Origin: an uncultured virus (IMG/VR IMGVR_UViG_3300031951_021468)
Lineage: Duplodnaviria > Heunggongvirae > Uroviricota > Caudoviricetes
IMG/VR virus record: IMGVR_UViG_3300031951_021468
Direction: 5' to 3' (one strand)
DNA length: 31,957 nt
The notes below the pieces were generated by a model, which was not told the origin of the DNA, ran no database searches, and saw nothing but the letters and a program-made list of their open reading frames with translations. How positions within the stretch are numbered: the stretch's first letter is position 1; every line of letters begins with the position of its first letter. Both the position numbers and the translations under genes were made by a program. Below are positions 24,586 to 31,957 of the stretch, in pieces.

Positions 24586-24635
24586 TAGAACAAAACACAA
24601 AACACAAAATTTTATTGATTTTGTGTTTTGTTCTA
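24586..24635 (+). terminator. Long A/C-rich hairpin after gyrA
   Basis: 17-bp inverted repeat TAGAACAAAACACAAAA (24586-24602) / TTTTGTGTTTTGTTCTA (24619-24635). Confidence 0.6.
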
Positions 24636-24660
24636 GGTCTAGTTTTAGTGTTTATAGAAT
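24634..24660 (+). promoter_or_regulatory. Sigma-H-like promoter TAGG-N19-GAAT
   Basis: Exact motif heading the tail-gene run. Confidence 0.65.
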
Positions 24661-24697
24661 ACATCTTTAACGTCCCTCTCAGGGGATGGGAGTTCTG

Positions 24698-25102
24698 ATG
24701 GCAAATCTTATATATGATTCTGGTCGAGAAGCTTTCTTAAATGGTGATATAGACTTTACAAACGATGATATTCGAGTCATACTTCTTTCAAGCGGATACA
24801 CATTTAGCTCAGCGCACGATTTTCTTAATGACGTTGCTGGCGGCGGGGTCCGAGTTGCTACATCATCTGCGCTGACTGGCAAAAGCTCAACCGCTGGCGT
24901 GGCCGACGCCGCCGACGTCACTTTTACAGCAGTGTCTGGGTCTCAAGTTACTCAGTTTATTATTTATCAACACACTGGGACAGAAAGCACAAGTAGGCTT
25001 ATAGCATACTTTGATACTGCAACAAACCTGCCAATTACTCCAAACGGAGGAGACATCACTATACAGTGGGACAATGGCGCAAATAAGATATTTAAACTTT
25101 AA
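24698..25102 (+). CDS. Phage structural (minor tail/fibre-associated) protein
   Basis: MANLIYDSGREAFLNGDIDF...DAADVTF...LIAYFD...PNGGDITIQWD...IFKL resembles a common small phage structural family. Start ATG 24698 after GGGAG. Confidence 0.7.
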   Translation: MANLIYDSGREAFLNGDIDFTNDDIRVILLSSGYTFSSAHDFLNDVAGGGVRVATSSALTGKSSTAGVADAADVTFTAVSGSQVTQFIIYQHTGTESTSRLIAYFDTATNLPITPNGGDITIQWDNGANKIFKL

Positions 25103-25124
25103 GACACTAAAAGAGGGAATATAA

Positions 25125-25367
25125 ATGAATAAATACGAAGAAATGAGCCTTGAAGAACTTGAGACTTTGCGATTGGAAAAAATGGAATCAGTCAGGATCG
25201 CTAAAGACGACCTTGCGGAAGTTAGTTCTGTTTATGATCGCAAAGCCCGTGCCGCTGAACTTGCCAGAAAATTAGGGGGATTGTCTCCTGAAGACTTGGC
25301 ATTATTGCAAGAAATGATGCCAGATGGAGTGCCAACCGAAGAAAACGTCGGAGTACCAGGTCAATAA
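25125..25367 (+). CDS. Small coiled-coil protein in the tail module
   Basis: 80 aa, helical and acidic; AGAGGG SD. Confidence 0.65.
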   Translation: MNKYEEMSLEELETLRLEKMESVRIAKDDLAEVSSVYDRKARAAELARKLGGLSPEDLALLQEMMPDGVPTEENVGVPGQ

Positions 25368-25376
25368 AAACAATCC

Positions 25377-27512
25377 ATGCCTAAAGTTGCCGTTGAACAC
25401 CTGTTTACAGGAGATACCGTTGAATACACAAGTTATGACTCAACAAGAACCATGTTGGGGAAGCACATCGTCCAGCAAACTGGCCCTTCGGCTGAAGATA
25501 AGTTTGCAGGACCGATGCCCATTTTACTTGGCAGGCCAATGGAGCAACAAGTCGCAACAGCTCAGGCGGTGGGGTTCCCACATGTAATTGATATTGGGGG
25601 AGGTAAACAATTGTGCTTTTTAATTGGCACAGGCGCAACTAACCCTTTGCGTGTCGTTATGTATGAGTTCGACAAGCAAGCCAATACATTTACTTATATT
25701 GGCTTTGTAACAGTAGCGTTTGCAGCAGGAAACGCTACTGCAAGAGGTTTTCGAGCTCAAAGGTATCTTCATACAACGGGTACGGTTGCTGTAAGCGGGA
25801 CTGGTGTTACTGGAACTGGAACCCAATTCCAATCAGAACGAATTGGCGCGGGGGCAAGAATAGGATTTGGGAGCACAAACCCCAATAACATAACAACTTG
25901 GTACACGATAGCGCCCGCTTCGGCCATTGCAAGCAATACTGCTTTGACATTGGTTGAAAACGCAGGTACAATATCTGCGGGAACACCTTATGTAATTGAG
26001 GAGCTGCGTATTGTGGTTTCAATTACAAACGCAACGGCAACAAACGGCGGGCTATATCTTGCAAAAGGACTTCACGCTGGTTTGTTTACTTCCGCTGGAA
26101 CAACAATCAGCTTGGCCACTACCGTGGACAATATCAGAGCGGTTTACTGGCTGAAAGACGCCGCAACTGTTACTAATACAGTTGCGGCTGGGTGCGCAAT
26201 TGAGTCTCCCGTAAGCAACACAGAACAATATGTTTATGTGCTAAACGGTGCCACAACAGCAAGTGTTTGTTATAAATATAACATAAGAGCCTCTTTGGCA
26301 TCATTGACAGCTGGCGCTTCACAATCAGCGATAACGCTCATCTCAGGTACCGCAACCCTGGTAGGAAACCAGTCTCAGTTAAACAATGGGCGAGTAGCCA
26401 CCACATCGCATGGACCTGGATCGGGATCAGCATGTTTGTATTGGGTCACAGCTACACGTATATATAGGGCGTTGCTTTCGGGGATAACTGCGGGGTCAAC
26501 AACATGGGCTAATGATGCAGCTGTTGAAAATCCACCTGGAGGCTCGGCTACTTTTGCTCTTGGAAGCGCATTCACATCGGTAGAATATGCAGGCAATATA
26601 GACCGATTTATCGTGGCTACAAGCGGCGCGGCGGGCATAAGGTCATATGTTACTCGGTATATTACTGATGGTTCTCAATTTGATCATATTTTTCTAGTAG
26701 ACACAAAACAGTTAGATCAATCTACCGCTGATGCTGGAGGGGTTATTCATCCAGCAGTTAATGCATCGACTATGAGCGTCTGGTCTGAAGATGGCTATTG
26801 TTATCTGTGTCGAAACGGGGCGACGGCAGCTCTTAATCAAATTTACATCGTTCCGCTATCAGCCCATTGGTTTTACGCCACTGGATTTTCGGACAACAAT
26901 AGATTAATTACCCCTGCTATTTCAACCCCAGGAGCAACAAAATTTTACAGATTGTATGTCAACAATATTGAACACTTAGGCACGGGCACATTGGGCATGC
27001 CGCCTGAACCATATAGGGTTTACTACAGAACAAGTGGTATAACAGACGACTCTGGCAGCTGGACCCTTCTTGGAGAGGGCCGCGATTTATCTGGTGTTTC
27101 CCCTGCAGCATCTATACAATTTGCTTTTGAGTTTAAAATAATTGGACTAACCTGTATTCCAGGGAGAATATTAGGCTTAACAGTTCTGTACGAACAAGGG
27201 GATGAAATCCCATCACATCTGGAATGGAATTACACTGATTCTAGTTTAAGTGATGGTACGCTTGGATTTAAGCAAGTGTCGTCTTATGGCAGCGTACCCC
27301 ATTTAACTATCAGTTATTATCGAAGTGACAATAATAATCTTTTATTAACTCAGGCTAGCACGGGAACAACAAATGGCGTGTTTGAATACTGGAGTGGCTC
27401 GGCATGGGTGGCTGGAAATGGCACCGACACAGTAGGGCTCAGAAGAAGATTTAGACCCACGGCGGGGCTGCCAACTAATGTTGACGTATATGCAAAACTG
27501 CAACTTGTTTAA
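25377..27512 (+). CDS. Tail fibre / receptor-binding-like protein
   Basis: 711 aa, T/G/A-rich and beta-rich; TGTVAVSGTGVTGTGTQF is a typical fibre motif. Confidence 0.7.
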   Translation: MPKVAVEHLFTGDTVEYTSYDSTRTMLGKHIVQQTGPSAEDKFAGPMPILLGRPMEQQVATAQAVGFPHVIDIGGGKQLCFLIGTGATNPLRVVMYEFDKQANTFTYIGFVTVAFAAGNATARGFRAQRYLHTTGTVAVSGTGVTGTGTQFQSERIGAGARIGFGSTNPNNITTWYTIAPASAIASNTALTLVENAGTISAGTPYVIEELRIVVSITNATATNGGLYLAKGLHAGLFTSAGTTISLATTVDNIRAVYWLKDAATVTNTVAAGCAIESPVSNTEQYVYVLNGATTASVCYKYNIRASLASLTAGASQSAITLISGTATLVGNQSQLNNGRVATTSHGPGSGSACLYWVTATRIYRALLSGITAGSTTWANDAAVENPPGGSATFALGSAFTSVEYAGNIDRFIVATSGAAGIRSYVTRYITDGSQFDHIFLVDTKQLDQSTADAGGVIHPAVNASTMSVWSEDGYCYLCRNGATAALNQIYIVPLSAHWFYATGFSDNNRLITPAISTPGATKFYRLYVNNIEHLGTGTLGMPPEPYRVYYRTSGITDDSGSWTLLGEGRDLSGVSPAASIQFAFEFKIIGLTCIPGRILGLTVLYEQGDEIPSHLEWNYTDSSLSDGTLGFKQVSSYGSVPHLTISYYRSDNNNLLLTQASTGTTNGVFEYWSGSAWVAGNGTDTVGLRRRFRPTAGLPTNVDVYAKLQLV

Positions 27513-27529
27513 AGTGGTGGTGATGATGC

Positions 27530-29578
27530 ATGTCACTTCAAAGCTTAAGCGTAAGAAAAAGTAGCCTGGGGCTGAAACTAAACAATTTACCAGTTGAGCC
27601 AATTCAGTATCTTGCTACAAAAGGTAAACAAGGTGTTTATGTAAGTGACGGGAGTGATAATTCAAGATATCTCCTCACATCACGAAACACATCTCTTGGC
27701 ACAGTAAGAAGCCTGCAGTTGTTATCTCCTGGGTCAATAAACTCTTTGGAGTCTTTTGGCACGGCAACGTTAAATCTTGGGGCGGCAGTTCTTACAATTT
27801 TGCCAGAAAGTATTTTAAGTGCGGAAAATTTTGGCAGCCCAACTGTGCGATCTAGCATTTCAATCATATTAAATTCTATTAATTCGTTAGAAGCCTTCGG
27901 CTCATCTACCATTAGATCGTCTATTAGGTTGTTTCCTGGTAGTATTTCAAGCGGTGAAGTTTTTGGCCTTCCTGAAATTAGCTTAGGGCTAGCAAGCATT
28001 GTTCCAAATGGCATTAATAGCGCTGAAGCATTTGGTTCTGTTATTATTTATGCTGGCGAAGTTGCGTTAAATCCCACAGGAATTAATTCTAGTCAGGTGT
28101 TCGGATCACCCGTAGTCAGGCCAGGAACAATAACAATCAGCACGTCAGGTGTTGCAAGCCAGGAAACACTCGGATTACAAACATTTATAGCGGGCGGCAT
28201 TACAATAACACACGGCGGATTAGCCAGTGGTGAAATGTTTGGCATACCTGTTGTCAATGCTGGAGTAGTGCTCATTAATAGCGGATCAATTTCTTCTCTT
28301 GAGTCTTTTGGCTCTTCAATTTTAAGAGATGGGACAACAACAATTCAGCCAAACAGCATCAACAGTGCTGAAAATTTTGGTCTAGCCGCCTTAAGAGCTG
28401 GAGCTATATCAATTTTACACAGCGCTATTAGCTCACAAGAGATATTTGGCAGCGCTGTAATTAGACCTGGTACTGTCACAATATTACATGCAGGCATAGC
28501 AAGTTCTTTTGAAACTGGTACAGCAAGCTTTATTACTTCTCGATTTATTGCACCCAGCGGAATAATTTCTACGGAAGCCTTTGGCGCACCTAATTTGATA
28601 GCAGGAGGCATTCTAATAGGACACACAGGCGTGCCTTCAAGCATAGCCTTAGGCAACCAATCGATCATTCCTGGTGTCTCGAATATAAATGCGACGTCAG
28701 CAGCGTATGAATCTGCTATGGGCAATGTAATTTTAAGACCAGGCATTGTTTCAATAGGACACTTAAGCATAGGGTCATCATCTTCTTTTGGCAATGCATC
28801 AGTAGCGCCAGGCAACACAAATTTAAACACTAACGCCATCGAAAGCCAAGAAATTTTTGGCTCGGGGCAAATACTTGCAGGCAATGTTAACATTAATGCC
28901 ATTGGAATAGCAACGGGAGAATCATATGGTTCGTCAACAATAAGACCTGGAAATGTATCTTTACAACCAGTTGGGATATCAAGTATTGGTGAATTTGGTG
29001 TAAACATATTGATCCCTGGGGTGTCATATGTAATCTCATTTGGAATAGAAAGCCAAGAATCATTTGGAACTGTCTCGTTGGAAACATTATCACAAATAAG
29101 CGCCGAAAGTATTGCCAGCTTATCAGGTGTAGGATTACATGATATTTACTCATTAAATATGATGATGCCAAGCGGCATCATCAGTCAAGAAATTTTTGGT
29201 GATATTAATTTTTATTCCATTGCCAAACTTGTTGCAACAAGCATCAGTAGTTCAGAGCTTTTTGGAAATCATATCGTTGCACCTGGCGGCGAAGTATTTA
29301 TTTCACACCAGTCAATTTCATCATTGAGCGCATTGGGATCACATCTTTTAATCCCTGGGGAAGTAACCATATTTACTCCATCGATTGAATATCTTTCTCA
29401 GATGGGAATCTGGAATTTTATATTTAATCCTCTTAATGGAACGCTGTCGGTGTCAGTCCATGGAACAGTTAATATTGAAACTAAAATTAAATCCAAGATA
29501 AATATCGATCCTTCAAGCAGCCTAGATGTCACTATAACAACTCGTGTGTTTAACCGAGGTCAGAGAAGCCTTTCTTAA
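27530..29578 (+). CDS. Fibrous repeat protein (about 25 repeats of 22-25 aa)
   Basis: Tandem PxxIxSxExFGxxxxxxGxxxIx units through nearly the whole 682 aa. Confidence 0.75.
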   Translation: MSLQSLSVRKSSLGLKLNNLPVEPIQYLATKGKQGVYVSDGSDNSRYLLTSRNTSLGTVRSLQLLSPGSINSLESFGTATLNLGAAVLTILPESILSAENFGSPTVRSSISIILNSINSLEAFGSSTIRSSIRLFPGSISSGEVFGLPEISLGLASIVPNGINSAEAFGSVIIYAGEVALNPTGINSSQVFGSPVVRPGTITISTSGVASQETLGLQTFIAGGITITHGGLASGEMFGIPVVNAGVVLINSGSISSLESFGSSILRDGTTTIQPNSINSAENFGLAALRAGAISILHSAISSQEIFGSAVIRPGTVTILHAGIASSFETGTASFITSRFIAPSGIISTEAFGAPNLIAGGILIGHTGVPSSIALGNQSIIPGVSNINATSAAYESAMGNVILRPGIVSIGHLSIGSSSSFGNASVAPGNTNLNTNAIESQEIFGSGQILAGNVNINAIGIATGESYGSSTIRPGNVSLQPVGISSIGEFGVNILIPGVSYVISFGIESQESFGTVSLETLSQISAESIASLSGVGLHDIYSLNMMMPSGIISQEIFGDINFYSIAKLVATSISSSELFGNHIVAPGGEVFISHQSISSLSALGSHLLIPGEVTIFTPSIEYLSQMGIWNFIFNPLNGTLSVSVHGTVNIETKIKSKINIDPSSSLDVTITTRVFNRGQRSLS

Positions 29579-29604
29579 AGGAAGTAGTGTTTTTAAGAAA
29601 GAAA
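29578..29604 (+). promoter_or_regulatory. Sigma-H-like promoter AAGGA-N18-GAAA
   Basis: Exact spacing, just upstream of AAGGAG SD and ATG 29627. Confidence 0.6.
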
Positions 29605-29626
29605 AATAAAAAAGGAGATTGTTTTA

Positions 29627-29926
29627 ATGTTTTATGTCAATAGCACTTTAGAAATTGAGGGAAAAGTACGAAAAAGAGACGGAACATTATTTAATCCATC
29701 GGGCATTAGAGTGTTTGTTACCAACCCTTCAGGTGTCACAACTACATATATTTGGGGAACAGACGCAGCGCTTCAACAAGCTGAAGATACGTCTGGGGAC
29801 CCTATTGTTGGGGTTTTTGTATTGACTTATACCCCAACTCAGCCAGGAACTTATTCATACGTTTTTGAGTCATACGGTGATTTTACCTCAAAAACAAAAA
29901 ACATATTTCACGTGGAGAAAACTTAA
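29627..29926 (+). CDS. Small Ig-like/BppU-N-like structural protein
   Basis: 99 aa all-beta pattern with VTNPSG...GVFVLTYTPTQPGTYSYVF. Confidence 0.6.
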   Translation: MFYVNSTLEIEGKVRKRDGTLFNPSGIRVFVTNPSGVTTTYIWGTDAALQQAEDTSGDPIVGVFVLTYTPTQPGTYSYVFESYGDFTSKTKNIFHVEKT

Positions 29927-29929
29927 AAC

Positions 29930-30874
29930 ATGTCCTTCCCTGGCAATCTTTCAAGATTTGAGCCAGCTTCAGGCCTTTTGGTTCGATCTATAAAAATCAA
30001 TGGGCATTATTTGTTTGTTGATAGCTGCGAAATAAATCCCGAGCAAGAAATTGATCTAGAGTTTCTAATTCAGGGAGGCCCAGGGGCTGCCATTGCTAAT
30101 ATAGGTGTGAAAAAAATCAGTGGCAGAATTACTTGCCCTATAAGAGTAAACAGAAGTGGTGTTGTCAATAACGCTGTGAAAGCGCTTTTGCAACATGCAG
30201 AAAGCCCAATGAGTGCCATTAGAATTGACACAAATCATGTTTTGTCGCAAGTCGGGCTAACCGCAGATAATGGCGGAACTGATAACAACCAATTATTGTC
30301 TCTTGACACCGTGGTTGTTAGTGACTTAACAATTACAGCAACTCCCGATGGCGGCGTTCAGCTAACAGCCCAAATTTTAGGCATGGTTGATGCTCGCGAT
30401 CCCTCTGATTATGTCGCTCCATCACCAGGTCAGCTTCTTGGCAGAGAGTTAAGTTGGGGTGATTGTAATGTAAAAAGACTTGAATCACAAATGAGATCAG
30501 CGACGTCTCTTGAAATTAATATCAAAAACGAACTAAAGCCATTAAATTTTATTCCCCCTATCACCACAGAAATTAACGACCTTTCTGATCAAATTGATAT
30601 GATCGGGATTCAATCGTGTAAGTGGGGAGGAAAATTTGAAGAAATACTTAGGCTTGGAGTAGATATGGAAAGCCACATACATGGCGGATGGATGCAAAAC
30701 GAAAACTTAAATATAGATTTTGGCCCTATATCTGCAACATTATCATGCCCTTTGTTTAAAATAGCTGAGGTTCCTTTGTCAAGCAAGCAGATCAGAAGAA
30801 CAACTTCGTTCTTTGGTCAAATTCAACCGACATTGCCTTTGGCAACAGGTGGGCTATTTACATTTTCAGAATAG
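29930..30874 (+). CDS. Putative tail-tube-like structural protein (paralog 1)
   Basis: Beta-rich; N-terminal half aligns by eye with the next ORF (IKINGHYLF...FLIQGGP...IGVKKISGRITCPIRV). Confidence 0.5.
   Translation: MSFPGNLSRFEPASGLLVRSIKINGHYLFVDSCEINPEQEIDLEFLIQGGPGAAIANIGVKKISGRITCPIRVNRSGVVNNAVKALLQHAESPMSAIRIDTNHVLSQVGLTADNGGTDNNQLLSLDTVVVSDLTITATPDGGVQLTAQILGMVDARDPSDYVAPSPGQLLGRELSWGDCNVKRLESQMRSATSLEINIKNELKPLNFIPPITTEINDLSDQIDMIGIQSCKWGGKFEEILRLGVDMESHIHGGWMQNENLNIDFGPISATLSCPLFKIAEVPLSSKQIRRTTSFFGQIQPTLPLATGGLFTFSE
30846..30872 (+). promoter_or_regulatory. Sigma-H-like promoter CAGG-N19-GAAT
   Basis: Exact motif at the 3' end of paralog 1, upstream of paralog 2. Confidence 0.55.
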
Positions 30875-30934
30875 TTTATTTTAAGGGTCTGCGCAAACAC
30901 AATTTTGTTTCCGCCACAGGAGAATCATTCAATC

Positions 30935-31957
30935 ATGCCTATTAATAACAATATTTTTGGAGTTTATAAAACTTTAAAGATTGGAGGAAAATTTGTCCTG
31001 GCTACTAATGTAAGTCGAAATCAGACCATGCAGGTGGAAGCGAAAAGCTTTATTCAAGGAACGCCGAAAACCAGAGTTCTGGACATTGGTGGTGTTAGAG
31101 AAGAAATAAATCTTTCCGTTCCTATTCTTGTGGGAGGTGGCGCAAGAATTGACGGCAGAGAATTATTTAATGAGCGAATAGAAAATATCTTAAGTAATCC
31201 AGAAGATGCAACACTTCCTTTGCTCAAAAGTGCTTCTCTTAGAATTAGCCCCCAAAACACAGACTTAAGCGTGGTTTTAGTTTCAGATGGCGACCCCGCA
31301 AGCGAACAGGTATTTGAAATATCCCCAGAAACATCTGAGGCACTGACTGATGGCGTCATAACCGATTTGCTTAACCCAGTCCACCCTAATCCTGTAATTA
31401 AACCAACCCGCGTTGCCAAATGGTATGACTTCAGAATATCGCTGGCAGGAAGAACGTTTTATATCACTGACGCAAACATTGAAGTCATGGTGACAATACA
31501 AGATACATTTTTTATCGGGGCTAAAGTTCCCGAAACGGACACAAACCCTCAGGCCATTTTAAATGTCGCTGGTGGCACATTCCATTCTGGAACACAATTT
31601 CCAACCATGGGTGTCACAGGTATTGCAATTAAGGGTAGCGGAAAGGCTGTCGTAGCCCTAAGGGACATCAATGACGATGGAGACTTCAATGATTTTTCTG
31701 GAGATCAGAATAATGATAGTGATGAATCTCTTAACCTGAAAATTGGTGGCGGAAGCACAGACCTTACCCTTCAGACGCCAGGCCAAGTGATACATGAAGA
31801 CGGCACTTTTTCGCTTCAAATAAGAAGAGATAACACTTGGGAAGAATTAATCCCAAGTGTAGACCTAACCCGATCAGTCATTGAAAAAGCTAATTTCTCA
31901 ACAGATGGAGCTGGCATGATGACTATGGACTTTGGCTTCACATGCTGGGTTAAATAA
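30935..31957 (+). CDS. Putative tail-tube-like structural protein (paralog 2)
   Basis: LKIGGKFVL...SFIQGTP...IGGVREEINLSVPILV. Likely start ATG 30935 after AGGAG (track start TTG 30905); ends at TAA 31957. Confidence 0.5.
   Translation: MPINNNIFGVYKTLKIGGKFVLATNVSRNQTMQVEAKSFIQGTPKTRVLDIGGVREEINLSVPILVGGGARIDGRELFNERIENILSNPEDATLPLLKSASLRISPQNTDLSVVLVSDGDPASEQVFEISPETSEALTDGVITDLLNPVHPNPVIKPTRVAKWYDFRISLAGRTFYITDANIEVMVTIQDTFFIGAKVPETDTNPQAILNVAGGTFHSGTQFPTMGVTGIAIKGSGKAVVALRDINDDGDFNDFSGDQNNDSDESLNLKIGGGSTDLTLQTPGQVIHEDGTFSLQIRRDNTWEELIPSVDLTRSVIEKANFSTDGAGMMTMDFGFTCWVK

Noticed and set aside
28345..29007. 220-aa minus-strand ORF and the other antisense/nested ORFs in the track (e.g. 556-858, 16451-16906, 27637-28014, 31054-31419)
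   Set aside because: Shadows of well-supported genes on the opposite strand or in another frame, with no SD or motif support.
1..31957. Alternative genetic code (TAG/TGA recoding) as in some large phages
   Set aside because: Long conserved genes (gyrA, gyrB, recD2, phoH, clpX) are full length in the standard code, and recD2 ends at TAG just before its terminator.
1..31957. CRISPR array, tRNA or rRNA genes, transposase or integrase
   Set aside because: I saw no spaced direct repeats, cloverleaf/T-loop signatures or recombinase motifs, and intergenic gaps are short. A tRNAscan/CRISPR finder run would be needed to be certain.

Overview
A 32 kb, AT-rich, gene-dense segment most consistent with a large (jumbo/huge) dsDNA bacteriophage read in the standard code. 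Genes run mostly on the minus strand to about 10.1 kb and mostly on the plus strand after that. Recognisable genes are a divergent macrodomain protein, a stand-alone PAS-like protein, a divergent ClpX, DUF1289, a RecD2 helicase, a J-domain protein, PIN-PhoH, and a complete gyrB-gyrA pair outside any dnaA/dnaN/recF context. These sit among orphan genes, repeat-rich virion/tail genes and two paralogous tail-tube-like genes. Two window-wide signals stand out. First, a bipartite motif AGG-N19-GAA(A/T), matching the Bacillus sigma-H promoter geometry, occurs on the coding strand upstream of 8 mostly structural or orphan genes, plus 2 variants; it is probably a phage late promoter. Second, otherwise unrelated orphan proteins share a ~30-aa helical tag (LxxxAxxLDxxGxYxxADxI) and short [K/R]x[A/S][Q/S/A] or MWYR leader motifs, suggesting a capsid-targeting and maturation-cleavage system. 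All family calls come from motif recognition by eye; no searches were run.
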